Assembly: GCA_965206595.1 (NCBI GenBank)
Contig: OZ242214.1
Span: forward strand, 64,001-128,000
Direction: 5' to 3'
From: Candidatus Latescibacterota bacterium
GTDB lineage: Bacteria; Latescibacterota; UBA2968; UBA8231
Length of the DNA stretch: 64,000 nt
The notes beneath the pieces are model-generated. The model was not told the DNA's origin. It was given only the letters and a program-made list of their open reading frames with translations, and did not search any database. This document shows positions 11,207 through 22,328 of this stretch, piece by piece; position 1 is the first letter of the stretch; each line of letters starts with the position of its first letter. The position numbers and the translations under genes are program-made.

Positions 11207-12496
11207 TCAGGCAGGGGTTGCCGGCGTGGTGTCCCGATCCTGACGGGCGGAATCGAGCCGCAGTGTGACGCGCATGGTGGCGCCTGTGCCATGGCCGCGG
11301 CTCAAGGGTTGGATATTTCCTCCGATGCTGGTGACGAAATTGGCCGCCGAGTGCAGGCCCAGCCCGCTCCCTTCCCGCTTCGTCGTATAACCTGCCCTGA
11401 AAATCGCCTGGAGGTTCTTGCGGTCGATGCCGATGCCGTTGTCCTCCACTTCGAGGACGAGCAAGTCCTGGCGGACGCTGGCTCTTATCTCGATGCGAGG
11501 CGGTCCTTCGAGGCCGCCCGACTGCTTCAGCTCGTCGATGGCTTCCATCGCATTCTTTAGCAGGTTGACGAGCATCTGGTTGAACTGGGTTTCCTGAATG
11601 CTGATCTCTTCCGGGGCGTTGCCGCAGTTCACAAGTGTGCGGATTCCCCGGCTGGAAAACGAGTTCTGCAGGATCCTCAGGCAGCCTGAGATGGCCTGAC
11701 CCAGGTTGACGTCCTTGCAGGTCATCCCCTTGCTGTCGAAACCCCGTTGCGCGCGGACGATGTCGACGATGTGGTCCGTCTGGCTGCCGACCCGTTCTAC
11801 CGTGCGGACCAATTGCTGGTTCTCCCTGGCGAAATCGTCGGCGAGAGCCAGGAGAAACGGCCGCACCTGCCGGCCTTGCGGGTCGTTGCGGACATAGTCG
11901 GCCCAATCCTGCGGATGCGCCCTGACTGCCTGCGACAGACCGGACAGGCGTTCGATCAGCGCGTTGTCCACCAGCTTTTCTTTAAGAGTTCCCATACCGA
12001 TGGCAACGCTGTTTATGGCGTTGCCGATGTTGTGCAGGATGGTGTCCATGACCTCGAGGCGGCCCTGGGCGAAAGCCTGGGCCAGGGCTTCTTCCGCCCG
12101 CACTCTCTCGGTCACGTCGCGGAAGACGATGACCCCGCCGCCAGCCGCATTGCCCGGCGAGGTGATGGGCCTGCCGCTGGCGCTTATATGGACGCCTTCC
12201 GGCTTGGCCTCGGTGCGGATGAACATCTCCATCTCATCGGTCGCCTCCCCGCGCAGGGCGCGCACCAGGGGCAGTTCCCCGGCGGGAATGGGGGTGACTG
12301 TGTCCGGATAGAAAATGCTGTACTCCTCGGTCCCTTGTTCGAGGACCGTATCCAGCCTGCCTCCGACGATCTGTTGCGCACTTTTGTTGAAAGTGAGGTT
12401 GCCATTCTCATCGGCGACTATCACCCCGTCGCTGATGCTGTCGAAAATGGCCTGCATGAGCCGGACCTGATGCTGCAGCTCGTCAACGGTTTTCAA
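11207..12496 (-). CDS. PAS-domain sensor histidine kinase
   Basis: PAS ([11 protein letters not shown]), H-box [11 protein letters not shown]-box [21 protein letters not shown]; TTG start. Confidence 0.9.
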   Translation of the reverse strand: MKTVDELQHQVRLMQAIFDSISDGVIVADENGNLTFNKSAQQIVGGRLDTVLEQGTEEYSIFYPDTVTPIPAGELPLVRALRGEATDEMEMFIRTEAKPEGVHISASGRPITSPGNAAGGGVIVFRDVTERVRAEEALAQAFAQGRLEVMDTILHNIGNAINSVAIGMGTLKEKLVDNALIERLSGLSQAVRAHPQDWADYVRNDPQGRQVRPFLLALADDFARENQQLVRTVERVGSQTDHIVDIVRAQRGFDSKGMTCKDVNLGQAISGCLRILQNSFSSRGIRTLVNCGNAPEEISIQETQFNQMLVNLLKNAMEAIDELKQSGGLEGPPRIEIRASVRQDLLVLEVEDNGIGIDRKNLQAIFRAGYTTKREGSGLGLHSAANFVTSIGGNIQPLSRGHGTGATMRVTLRLDSARQDRDTTPATPA

Positions 12497-12864
12497 TTCG
12501 ATCCCGACTCCCTTTGCTCAGAAACACCACGTTTCCCGATCACTTCGGCTTTGGACCCCATAGCGCCTTCCAGCGCTTGACGATGATCGGCCTCATGTCC
12601 GGGATGTGCTCCGGCCCGGGGCGTATCGTCCGACGATCGCGTGCATGGCCATGCGCTGTCCTCCCGCCCACATTCTACTGCAAGGCGAGGGTCCTGAAAA
12701 ACCTTGGTCTGCTGGTTGGCGACCTGGGTTTGGCCCGGTTCCAAGCCAACGGCTCATGCAGCCGGGCCATGCGGACGAGCCAGGGTCACGAGGCCAGGGG
12801 GCTGATTTTGCAGCCGGGTTCCCGAACATCAATAACAAGGAACAACAAAAACAAGGAACAACAA

Positions 12865-14766
12865 ATGACGAATGGCCTGTACGACGTGACCACAGAACGG
12901 GATGTAATGGTGGAGATGCGCGACGGGGTGCGGCTCGCGACCGACCTGTACTTCCCCGCCCGCGACGGGGAGCCGCTGCCCGGCACGCTCCCGGCGGTCT
13001 TTCACCGCACCCCCTACGACAAGAGCGGCGTCGAGCGCAATTGCGGGTACGGCTGTTTCTTCGCGCAGCGCGGGTACGTGGCGGTGTACCAGGACTGCCG
13101 GGGGACGTTCCAGTCCGAGGGGGACGTCAACTTCCTGCTGCCCGAGGCCGAGGACGGGTACGACGCCTTGCAGTGGATCGACCGGCAGCCGTGGAGCAAC
13201 GGCAAGGTGGGGTCGTGGGGGACCTCCTGGTCCGGCTGGACGCAGACGGCGATGGCGGCGTTGGGGCCGGCGAACCTCAAGGCCATGGTGGTCAACATGA
13301 GCGGCGCCGACGCGCACGAGTCTTCGGTGCGGCACGGAGGCGCGCTGGAGCTGCGGTTCCTGGCGTGGGCGTTCTGGCATTCGGCGGCCAACACGCAGCG
13401 CGCCCTGAAAGCCGACCCTGCGGTCGACGCCGCCCTGAACCTCGGCGCCCCGACCTTTGCCGACTGGCTGACGCGGATGCCGCTGCGCAAGGGGCAGACC
13501 CAGCTCAAACTGGTCCCGCCCTACGAGAAGTGGGCGCTGGACCTGCTGACCAGGGCCGACTACGACGAGTACTGGCGGCACCCGAGCTATGCACCGGCGC
13601 TGTTCTGGGACGACTTCCCGGACGTGCCGATTCTGCTCATCGGGGGCTGGTACGATTCCTACACCCGCTCGACCTGCAGGAACTACGAGGGCCTCGCGGC
13701 GCGCAAGCAGGGACCGGTGCGCATGCTCATGGGGCCGTGGACGCACGGGACGCAGACCCTGGAGCAGAGTTTTTCCGGGGACGTCGAGTTCGGGGAGGAT
13801 GCGGCGCTCGACGACTTCCGCGACCTGCATCTGCGCTACTTCGACCGGGCGCTCAAGGGAGCCGGCAACGGCGAGGCGAAGGCGCCGCCGGTGCGGATCT
13901 TCGCCATGGGCGGCGGCGGCGGTTATCGCACCGGCAACGGCCGGCTGTTCCACGGCGGCCGCTGGCGCGACGAAGCCGAGTGGCCCTTGGCGCGGACCCG
14001 CTACACCAGGTATTACCTCCACCGCGACGGCACCCTGTCGCCGGAAGAGCCTGTCAGGGACGGCGGCGACACGGTCTACCGCTTCGACCCCGCCAACCCG
14101 GTGCCCTCGATCGGCGGCAACGTCTCGTCGCTTTCCGGGATGGGCCCGCTGCCCCCGGGCGTGGGGGATTCCGCCAACGCGCCCTGGCAGGCGCGGGTGG
14201 AACAGCTGATGGTGCCGGGCGGGTTCGACCAGGTGGAGAGGCCGGAGTTTTACGGCTGCGCCCCGCCCTGTCTGCCGCTGGGCTCGCGGCCGGACGTGCT
14301 GGTCTTCGCCACCGAGCCGCTGGCCGGAGACATGGAGGTGACCGGGCCGATCGAGGTGAAGCTGTGGGTCTCGTCGTCGGCCCCGGACACGGACTTCACC
14401 GCCAAGCTGATCGACTGCTATCCGCCGAGCCGCTGGTACCCGCACGGGTACGCGCTCAACCTGACCGACAGCATCGCCCGCCTGCGCTACCGCAACGGGC
14501 GCGAAAAGGGGGAGCTGCTGGCGCCGGGCGAGGTCGCCGAGCTGACGATCACCCTGTATCCGACGAGCAACCTGTTCGCCGCCGGGCACCGGATCCGCCT
14601 CGACGTTTCCAGCTCGAACTTCCCCCGCTTCGACGTCAACCCCAACACCGGCGACCCCATCGGCCGGGAGCGGCGGCGGCAGGGGGCTGACAACAGGGTC
14701 CACCACAACGCGGCGCAACCGTCGCACGTGGTGCTGCCGGTCATTCCAGAAAGGAAAACCGCATAA
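12865..14766 (+). CDS. CocE/NonD family hydrolase (peptidase S15-like)
   Basis: MRDGVRLATDLY, RTPY, QDCRG..SEG, nucleophile motif GTSWSG, GGWYD, GPWTH, SSSNFPRFD. Confidence 0.92.
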   Translation: MTNGLYDVTTERDVMVEMRDGVRLATDLYFPARDGEPLPGTLPAVFHRTPYDKSGVERNCGYGCFFAQRGYVAVYQDCRGTFQSEGDVNFLLPEAEDGYDALQWIDRQPWSNGKVGSWGTSWSGWTQTAMAALGPANLKAMVVNMSGADAHESSVRHGGALELRFLAWAFWHSAANTQRALKADPAVDAALNLGAPTFADWLTRMPLRKGQTQLKLVPPYEKWALDLLTRADYDEYWRHPSYAPALFWDDFPDVPILLIGGWYDSYTRSTCRNYEGLAARKQGPVRMLMGPWTHGTQTLEQSFSGDVEFGEDAALDDFRDLHLRYFDRALKGAGNGEAKAPPVRIFAMGGGGGYRTGNGRLFHGGRWRDEAEWPLARTRYTRYYLHRDGTLSPEEPVRDGGDTVYRFDPANPVPSIGGNVSSLSGMGPLPPGVGDSANAPWQARVEQLMVPGGFDQVERPEFYGCAPPCLPLGSRPDVLVFATEPLAGDMEVTGPIEVKLWVSSSAPDTDFTAKLIDCYPPSRWYPHGYALNLTDSIARLRYRNGREKGELLAPGEVAELTITLYPTSNLFAAGHRIRLDVSSSNFPRFDVNPNTGDPIGRERRRQGADNRVHHNAAQPSHVVLPVIPERKTA

Positions 14767-14918
14767 TGGCTTGGCCGGCACGATCCGGTTGCGGTTCCAG
14801 ACACCCGCACCGTTATAGCGTGCCCAGTGCAGCGGAGGCGGTGGAACAAGAGCAGCCGGTTAGTCGGCAACTGTATTTCGTACCGTGGTGAAGCCTCAGG
14901 TAGCTGCCAGTGGAGGCC

Positions 14919-15689
14919 TCACACCACGATGTCGGTTCCACTGCCTGCTCCCTCGAGACAATTGTCGATCACGTACCGGTATTTCGAGTATCCGCGCTGG
15001 ACAAGGGAGAAACGCTTGATGAGGTCCAGCGCCCAGAAAGGCACCAGGGATTCGGTCTTGATCTCCATGACGACGGGGGACTCCGCCCACTGAGCGGTGA
15101 CCGCGTCGTCGTAGTAGCTCATCTCCTCATCATGGCTCGACAGGTCGTACGAACCGCGCATCAGCCGGTAGCGCATAGCGCGGTCGAACGTAATGCGTCC
15201 GTAGGCGTCCACGTCGCTGACGAAGGGCTGCCGGTGGTAGCGGAGATGGAGCACGGGCTCGGTGCCGTACAGATGATGGACGTCGACGAAGGACCGCGGC
15301 AGGGCATCGTACGTCGGCGAGGTGCGTTCGCTCCTGGCGATTTCGAGCACCCCGGGCCACTCCGTCATAGCGATTCGGTCGCGGACCTTCCAGACGGTGC
15401 GGTTGTGCCGGTACTTGACCTCGAGGGTGGCAGACTCGACGGCGCCGGTTCCGTAATAGCGGACCCTGGGTTTGAACCGCAGCAGCTCGCGCAGCCTGGT
15501 GTCGTGGTAGAAGCGCAACCCGGGAGTATCCATGTACACGCTGTTGACCGTGTAGGCTCCCTGCTCCCTGGGGACGTTGGCGTCGAGCGAAAACAGCGGC
15601 TTGATGAAATCGCGAATTTCCGCGGCCTGCGGCTCGGTCACGGTGTACTTCAACTCGTAGCGGTGGATCGCAGGCAGCTCAACTGCCAT
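14919..15689 (-). CDS. VTC / polyphosphate polymerase domain protein (CYTH-like)
   Basis: RYELKY, SVYMDT, RVRYY, LEVK, RITFD, MEIK, SKY motifs. Confidence 0.85.
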   Translation of the reverse strand: MAVELPAIHRYELKYTVTEPQAAEIRDFIKPLFSLDANVPREQGAYTVNSVYMDTPGLRFYHDTRLRELLRFKPRVRYYGTGAVESATLEVKYRHNRTVWKVRDRIAMTEWPGVLEIARSERTSPTYDALPRSFVDVHHLYGTEPVLHLRYHRQPFVSDVDAYGRITFDRAMRYRLMRGSYDLSSHDEEMSYYDDAVTAQWAESPVVMEIKTESLVPFWALDLIKRFSLVQRGYSKYRYVIDNCLEGAGSGTDIVV

Positions 15690-16992
15690 CGTGCCCCACC
15701 TCTTTCTGCAGAACCCCCGGATCCTCTATGCCCAGCTCGTAGTACAGGAAATAGAGGGCGTGCGCCAGTTCGCGTTGGCTCTCGGCGATTGCGACCCGCG
15801 CATCCATGATCGTGCGCTCGAGCTCGAGGATTTCGTCAGCCGGCACGGTAGGGTAGTCCCGTGTCTCGGCGATCACCAGCGACGATGCCTGGATGACGGC
15901 CTCGCCCTCCTGGAGGGTCAGGTCGCGGGCGAGCAGTGTCTCCGTGTAGTCGGAGAGCGTTTCGCGGACCTCCTCGGCGATGCGCTCGCGAACGGAAAGG
16001 ACCTCGAGCCCGCTTCCCGACACCGCAAGGAAAACGCCGGCCAGGTTGCCCGCATTGCGGTTGAAGAGGGGGAGCTCCAGGCCGAACCTCAGCTCATGCC
16101 AGTCACCTTCGGAACGCTCGAAGTGTCGGGAAACCTCCAGGAAAGACAACTGCGGCAGCCGCCGCCAGCTCTCGCGGTTTCGCCTTTCGAGGGCGAGTTG
16201 TCGCTGCTCCTCGGCCAACCGAAGCTCCGGGCGGTTGGCGTAGGCGAGGCCAAGGAGTCGCTCTTCATCCAAGGCGACTTCGGGAAGCGGCTCAGAAAGC
16301 ACCTGGATCTGCGTGGAGATACCCGTGAGTCGTCGCAACCTGCGCTCTTCCTCCCGCAGTGCGTGCAAGCTGCGAAGGTGACCCTGCCGCGCTTCGGCTA
16401 CGGCCGTTTTTGCTTTGACGAAGTAGACGATCGATCTCCGACCGAGGTCCATCATGGTCTCGATCTGGGAGATCCGCAGGTTCTCATTCTCAACCCGCAT
16501 GGCGGCGATGCGGGCCAGTTCGGCGTGCATGGCGATATCGGCGCAGGATCGGCGCACTCGCGAAGCCAGCCAATGCCGCTCCCGTACGGCCTCGACCTTG
16601 CGCTCCCACAAGGCTACCTGCTTCCGCTGCCGTCGCGCTCCCGCCTCTCCGGCGGAAGGAGGACGCCAGCGGATCCCTATCTCGAGTTCGTCGAACCGGG
16701 CGGTACCGGCCCGGGAGGCCAGGTTGCGGACGCGCACTTCCGGATTGTCGATCCAGTCGAGCGAGCGAATCCGGTGGGTGCGAACCTCGGTCTCTGTTTC
16801 GAGCGCACGGAGCCGCGGGTTGTTGTCCAAACCCACCGCCACCGTTGCTTCAATCGTCAGGGTCACCCCGTCCTTGTGGGCGGCGTTGTGACCGCCCGGG
16901 GCTTCGCCCGGGAGATCGGCGGAGGCTGCCGTCGAAGCGGGGATCGCAACGAAAGGGGCCAGCACCACGAGAAACCGGCCGCCTGCTCTCAT
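15679..16992 (-). CDS. TolC family outer membrane efflux protein
   Basis: Signal peptide after MRAGG; LDNNPRL, ANRPEL, LELPLFNRN motifs; coiled-coil helices. Confidence 0.8.
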   Translation of the reverse strand: MRAGGRFLVVLAPFVAIPASTAASADLPGEAPGGHNAAHKDGVTLTIEATVAVGLDNNPRLRALETETEVRTHRIRSLDWIDNPEVRVRNLASRAGTARFDELEIGIRWRPPSAGEAGARRQRKQVALWERKVEAVRERHWLASRVRRSCADIAMHAELARIAAMRVENENLRISQIETMMDLGRRSIVYFVKAKTAVAEARQGHLRSLHALREEERRLRRLTGISTQIQVLSEPLPEVALDEERLLGLAYANRPELRLAEEQRQLALERRNRESWRRLPQLSFLEVSRHFERSEGDWHELRFGLELPLFNRNAGNLAGVFLAVSGSGLEVLSVRERIAEEVRETLSDYTETLLARDLTLQEGEAVIQASSLVIAETRDYPTVPADEILELERTIMDARVAIAESQRELAHALYFLYYELGIEDPGVLQKEVGHDGS

Positions 16993-18061
16993 CGCCCCGG
17001 TCTCCCGATTTCCGGGCCGCTCTCTTCCGCAAGGGCGCCCCACGGTGCGGACGGGCGATCGGCAAGGCGTACGCGTACGGACTCGCCGGGCAGCAGGAGG
17101 TGGCCCGGCTCGAGGAGGACACGGGCTTTTCTCGCCCACAACATCTGCCCGCGCAGCCACAGTCTCTCAGGCATAGGTGAGTACCCCGGATGCACGAAGT
17201 CGATCCTCCCTCTGGCGTCGAACTCGCTCGACCGCCTCGACATCACTTCCACCTTCTGCCCGACATCGACCTGCAGGTCCTTCGTCTCCGGGACATACAC
17301 TTCAACCGCGGAGGCGTGGGCGCTCTCCACGGAAACAATGGGCACGAAGGCATCGACCGTACTTCCTTGCAAGGCCAGGATCTCGGAGACCGATCCCGCA
17401 CACGGCGACCTGACCGTCCGGTACTCGATGCGCTGATCGATCAGGGCGAGTGACTGCCGGACCTCGTGCAGGCGCTGCACCCGGTCCCCGAGAAGCGAAA
17501 TCATGATGCTGTCGCCATAGGCACTCGAACCGCCGGCGCCAAGGTTGAGCACATCGGGCCGAATGAGGGCCGACTGTTCGGCTACCGACTGCTCCAGGGC
17601 ATCGCGGCGGATGGTCATGCGGGTCAGATCGCGATCCTGTCCCAGGCCGGCTTTCTCCGCTGCCGCAAGGGCGTCGATTTCCCGGCCGAGGGCCTCGAGC
17701 TCGGCCTCCTCCGCCTTGACGGCGGCGTACTGCTCGGACACGCGCAGTCGCAAAAGGTCGTACTCGACGCTGTATCGACGCCGGTCTGCAGTTACTATCG
17801 ACTCCAGGGCGGCCAGCTCTTCTTCACGTAGTCGTTTTTCCGCCAACAGATCCGAGGCGTCCAGGCGAGCCAGGACCTGTCCGGAAACGACGCTTTCCCC
17901 CACGGCGGTACTCACCTCCTGGATGGCACCTCCCTCGCGAGCGCCCACCGACCGCACCGTCGATACCACCGTGCCGATCAGGTACGGGTCGGCACGCCAC
18001 TCCCGATAGCCGTAGGCCGCGGCAAGCACGCCCGCCACCCACAGGGCACGAAAAGAGTTCT
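16989..18061 (-). pseudogene. HlyD family periplasmic adaptor; start codon and upstream region removed by ISL3
   Basis: N-terminal TM helix, lipoyl-like half motifs (GESVVSGQVLARLD; TVRSPCAGSV) and helical hairpin; the frame runs directly into the IS end at 18062. Confidence 0.8.
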
Positions 18062-18067
18062 GGCTCG

Positions 18068-19371
18068 TCAGTAGAATTCGTGGGTGAATTGTGGCTCGGG
18101 TAAATCGCCGAGCTGATGGAATGAAGCGATTTGGAGTGCCTTGAAGGTGCGGCATCCGAATGCTTTTCTCCCTGTCAGATTCCATTTCAGGTTCAAGCCC
18201 TCGACCATGCCGTTGTTGAACTGCTTCCTGGCCCTGAACCAATTGAGGATGAGCTCTTGGTGACGCCGCAGCATTCCGGCGATGTCTTTCATCGGTTCGA
18301 TGTTGCTTCTCATCGTACGGAAACACCCGCGCTGGAGGAACTTCTCAGCCCACGCGGAGTAGGTGTAGTCCCAGAAGCGCTGGAAGTCCTCCTTGAGCAG
18401 GTAGGCTCTGACCGTCCGCAGGTTCATCTTCAATAGCTCCGACAGCTTCAAGCCTTGGGGGGGAGTCGCTGAGGTTCTCCTTGCGCTTCAGGAAGCACCA
18501 GCGGCTCTTGCTCAGGACCGGATCCTGGCCCTGTTCTTTGAGTCTGCGGGCCTCTTCGGCACGGACTTTGTCGAGGGCCTTGCTGAAGTGCTGCATGAGG
18601 TGAAAACGGTCGAGAATAGGTACCGCGGTGGGGAGCCGCTTGCTGATAACGTCGAGGTAGGCTTTCCAGATATCAGAGCAGATGACGGTAATCTGGTCGA
18701 GGAAACGGGTCGGCTCCTGCTCGCCGCCGGCTTCCTGCTTGCGCCGGTGCTCCTGCTCCCGTTCGGTAAAGCCGTCGTTCAAGGCCTTCTTCGTCCGCTT
18801 CTCGCCCATCCACAACAGGCGGCGGCGGTGGGGGTCGATCTGGTACAGCAACGTCAGATAATGAGGCCCCTTACGATACTGGATTTCATCCACGCCGAGG
18901 GCCGTGACCTGGTCGAGGCAGCGATGAGCGAGCCCATAGTCCACGACGTACTGGACGGAGTGGTAGACCTTGTCCCAACGGGTCCGGAAGGAACGCGCCA
19001 CCTCGATCCACGACAGTTTTTTGGCCCCCTGGGCCAGGAAGCAGCGGTAGAGGTCGGTCAGGTGGTGCTTGCCCGTGCTCCAGGGGACCTTCTCGACGAC
19101 CACCCGGCCGCAGGCTTTGCAGGCAACCCGGCGCATGCGATACACCAGAAAGACCGGAAACCCCCAGAGGGGAACAAACTCGAACAGCCGGGCCTCGGGG
19201 GCCGTGTCATAGGTGGGGGCCAAGTGACCGCAGCCGCTGCACGCGCCCCGGGAGTTTTTCCGTGGCCTGATCCTCACCATTATCCTTCCGTGCCGGTCAA
19301 AATGACTGCCCTCAAACACAAACCGCTTGAAGGTCGTGCACCGGTTTAGTACCGTGATCAGGCGCATCATT
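18068..19371 (-). pseudogene. ISL3 transposase, frameshifted at a C7 tract (~18457-18463)
   Basis: Zn-finger CSGC...CKAC, LGVDE, CSDIW, DRFH in one frame; EGLN C-terminus in another frame. Confidence 0.88.
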
Positions 19372-19407
19372 CCCTCCACAGGTAGTTGGGTTCCGTCTTG
19401 GTGGACT

Positions 19408-20796
19408 AGAGGTGGACCCCATTCTTTGGACAGCCGGACAGCAGGATTAGGTGGATTCATTGTGGTTAATTTGCTGCCCTGTCCTTCTTGTTCTGGAGTC
19501 CCCTGAGACCTCCTTTCCGACTCTGCAAGATCGCCGTTTTGCTGGGTGCAGGATCGTCCACCCGTCCTTGGCAAATTGTCCACACCGTCCCCCCTTCCCT
19601 GTTCATGCCGCCCTGCGCCGGGTGTATTCTTCCATAGGCGTCCGGTCGCCGGCCAGGCTGGAATGAGGCCGCTCTTCGTTGTACTAGCGAAGCCAAGCCG
19701 CGATCATCTGACGCGCCTGCCCGTCCATCCTGAAAGTCGTGCAGATAGACACACTCGTATTTTAGGGAGCGCCAGAGACGCTCGATGAAGACGTTGTCCA
19801 TCCATCGCCCCTTGCCGTCCATCGAGATCGCTACCCCGGCTTGCTCGAGGACCTCGGTGAACTCCCGACTCGTAAACTGGCTGCCCTGGTCGGTGTTGAA
19901 GATCTCCGGTCTGCCGTAGCGGGCCAGCGCCTCCCGCAAGGCCTCCCGGCAGAACGCACTGTCCTGGGTATTCGACAGCCGCCACGAAAGCACCGTGCGC
20001 GTCGCCCAGTCCATGATCGCCACCAGATAAAGAAAACCACGCTGCATCGGGATATAGGTCACGTCCGCGCACCACACCTGGTTCGGCCGCTCGATCCTGA
20101 GATGGCCGAGACGATACGGATAGATCCGATGGGACCCATCCGGCGACGACGTCTGCGGCTTGCGGTAGATGGCCGTCAGTCCCATCTGTCGCATCAATCG
20201 ACGCACGCGCTTGCGCCCGACCCCATGGCCTTGGCGCCGCAGCTGACGGGCCATCTGCCGGGACCCATACCAGGGCGTGGCCAGAAACTGTTCGTCGATG
20301 GTGCGCATCAACTGCCGGTTGAAGGAACTTTCCCCTCGACCCGCGTAGTACTAGGTGGATCGCGAGAGGGCAACCAAGGTGCACTGGCGCACGATAGGGA
20401 GCCGGGGATGATCCGCATCGATCATCGCTTCCCTTCGGTCGCGGCTCAACGGCCGAAGGCGCGAGACAAAAAATCGTTCTCGACGGTCAGCTGGCCGATC
20501 TTGGCGTGCAGCGCCTTGACCTCCGCCTCATGGTCGGCGGCGCGGGAAGAGGTCTTGCGGGCGAACGCCTCGGGCAGGCTCTCCCGGGCCTGCCGTTTCC
20601 ACTGCGCAATCACGTTGGGGTGCAGATGATGCTTGGCAGCGAGCTCGGCCATCGTCTGGTCGCCGACCAGGGCCTCCAAGGCGACTTTGGCCTTGAATTG
20701 GGCGGAGAAGCTACGTCGTTTTCCCATGTCTCCAGTCCTTCCGTAGAGGGGTTGGATCCACCTAACGTAACTGTCCGAATTCCGGGGGCCACCTCT
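19408..20796 (-). mobile_element. IS3-family element nested in ISL3; orfA 20446-20727, orfB degenerate
   Basis: IRs AGAGGTGGACCCC...GGACAG / AGAGGTGGCCCCC...GGACAG; ACT duplicated relative to the empty site in copy 2; orfB WCADVTY, NTDQGSQF, DNVFIERLWRSLKYE with in-frame TAG stops and a 3' frameshift. Confidence 0.9.
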
Positions 20797-20899
20797 ACTG
20801 TCCCAACATACCGGGGGATGATGCGCCTGGGCTACCTGGCCTCCTCTATTCCCATCGCCGCAGCCTCCCCTCCTCACCCACAGATTCTCCAGAGGAGCC

Positions 20900-21896
20900 T
20901 GGATTTCACATCAAGGGGATCCATACCTCGACAGATTTTGGGAAGACCCTCGCGCAACGGTCGTTGGATGCAATCTATTTTGCGCTCCCTCCCGGAGTCC
21001 ACAACGGCGAAATTATCCAAGCGGCGAATGCGGGGGTACACATTTTTGCCGAGAAGCCGATGAGCCTGTACCTGAACGAAGCCATTGATATGGAACGCGC
21101 AATACAGGAAAACGGCGTCATCTCCACGGCGGGATTCCAACAGCGCTACGACTCACGTTATGAAGCTGTCAAGGAATTCCTCGCGGATAAAAAGCCGGTG
21201 ATGAGCACCACTATAGGAAATGGTGCGCTTGAAGGCCATTCAATCAAGCATACCAAAACCGAATCGTTTGGCGGACCCGCCAATCGTGTCTGGACGGCAA
21301 ACTACGAGTGGTCCGGGGCATCCGTTGTGGAAGGCGGGATTCACCAAACAGACCTGATGCGGTATTGGTTCGGTGACATCTCATGGGTTGAGGCGAATTA
21401 TGTCCACCGTGATGCGTCGGACATCGTTGATGGAGGGGATAATCCGTATGCCTATAGCGTAAGGTACGACTTTGAGTGCGGCTGCATCGCCAATCTCATC
21501 CTTTCCCGTCTGCGCCAGACTTACTATAGCGACGGCTATGAGAGTATACTCTGGACGCACGGGCATCTGAAGTTTGAGGGAGATGACCCAGTTGCTTATT
21601 ACTACGATGGACCGTATCCGCCGACGCAAACACCGCCGCAGGAAGCAGTGCGCCATCCACTTCCGACAGCCCCTCCCGTAGACACGACAGAGCAGATCAG
21701 TCGCGCTTTTCTCGGCGCGATTGAGGCAGGCAACTCGGCCCAACTTCGAAGTACCTTCACGAGCAGCATGAACAGCCTTGCTGCGGTACTAGGCGCGAAT
21801 GCCTCCGATCAGCTCGAGGGCGAGCGTATATATCTCAAGGATTTTCTTGTTGATGAGAGATACAATCGGTTCCGCCAGAAGCCTGCTGACAGATAG
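20900..21896 (+). pseudogene. Gfo/Idh/MocA oxidoreductase lacking its N-terminal Rossmann segment
   Basis: HIFAEKP, GFQQRY, EGGIHQTDL motifs; the frame begins at the ISL3 end. Confidence 0.85.
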
Positions 21897-22007
21897 TTCC
21901 GTCTGCCAAAACAGTAGCGAAGCCAGCAGCTGCCCGCGTTGGAGGGCGGGTGGCATCTGGCCGCCTGCCATCACAAAGACGAGTTGGAACTGCACGGCGT
22001 GTAGCTC

Positions 22008-22315
22008 TTATCTCGCCGTGTAATACGGTTCCGCGTCGAATCCCGGATACCGCGTCGCCATCCCCGCGATAAATCCTTCCGTCCACAGCGGGTCGCCCGG
22101 CGGCGGGAAGCCCAGCAGTTCGCGCTGGCGCGGGGTGGCCTCAGCCATGAAACGATTCATGGCGGCACCCTGGGCACCGCTTTTATACGTGAAGGTGCGA
22201 CCGCCGTCCCAAGGGCGGTCCTTGCGAGTGAAGCCCACCCACATGACCGGGCGATGCCCCGCTGGCGCAGTGAAATCGGAGGCGGCGTGGCGGGTGAAGA
22301 CGCTGTAGAGACAGC
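22008..22315 (-). pseudogene. 3' fragment of a probable phytanoyl-CoA dioxygenase-family gene
   Basis: YSVFTRHAASDF...LLGFPPPGDPLWT...ATRYPGFD; no 5' half. Confidence 0.55.
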
Positions 22316-22328
22316 GCGCGCAGATCCT

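Larger units (their letters stand above)
18062..20899 (-). mobile_element. ISL3-family element, copy 1 (contains a nested IS3-family element)
   Basis: Terminal IRs GGCTCGTCAGTAGAATTCGTGGGTGA / GGCTCCTCTGGAGAATCTGTGGGTGA; matches 46913..48358 apart from the 19408-20796 insert. Confidence 0.92.

Noticed and set aside
9204-11906. 900-aa ORF as a single protein
   Set aside because: The first ~260 aa are an alternative frame over the kinase gene; the receiver domain starts at 11123.
12834-12864. CA-rich tandem (acaaggaacaacaa x2) as an Hfq/Crc-type site
   Set aside because: More simply a short duplication of the RBS region; no support for that regulatory system here.
16989-18326. 445-aa ORF as full-length HlyD
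   Set aside because: The first ~88 aa derive from the ISL3 sequence; similarly 18345..19583 and 46755..47093 are IS-junction chimeras.
19466-20400. TAG stops and Trp-to-Gly changes in transposases as a sign of genetic recoding
   Set aside because: Intact genes in the window end with TAG normally and the changes are confined to decaying IS copies, so ordinary mutation explains them.
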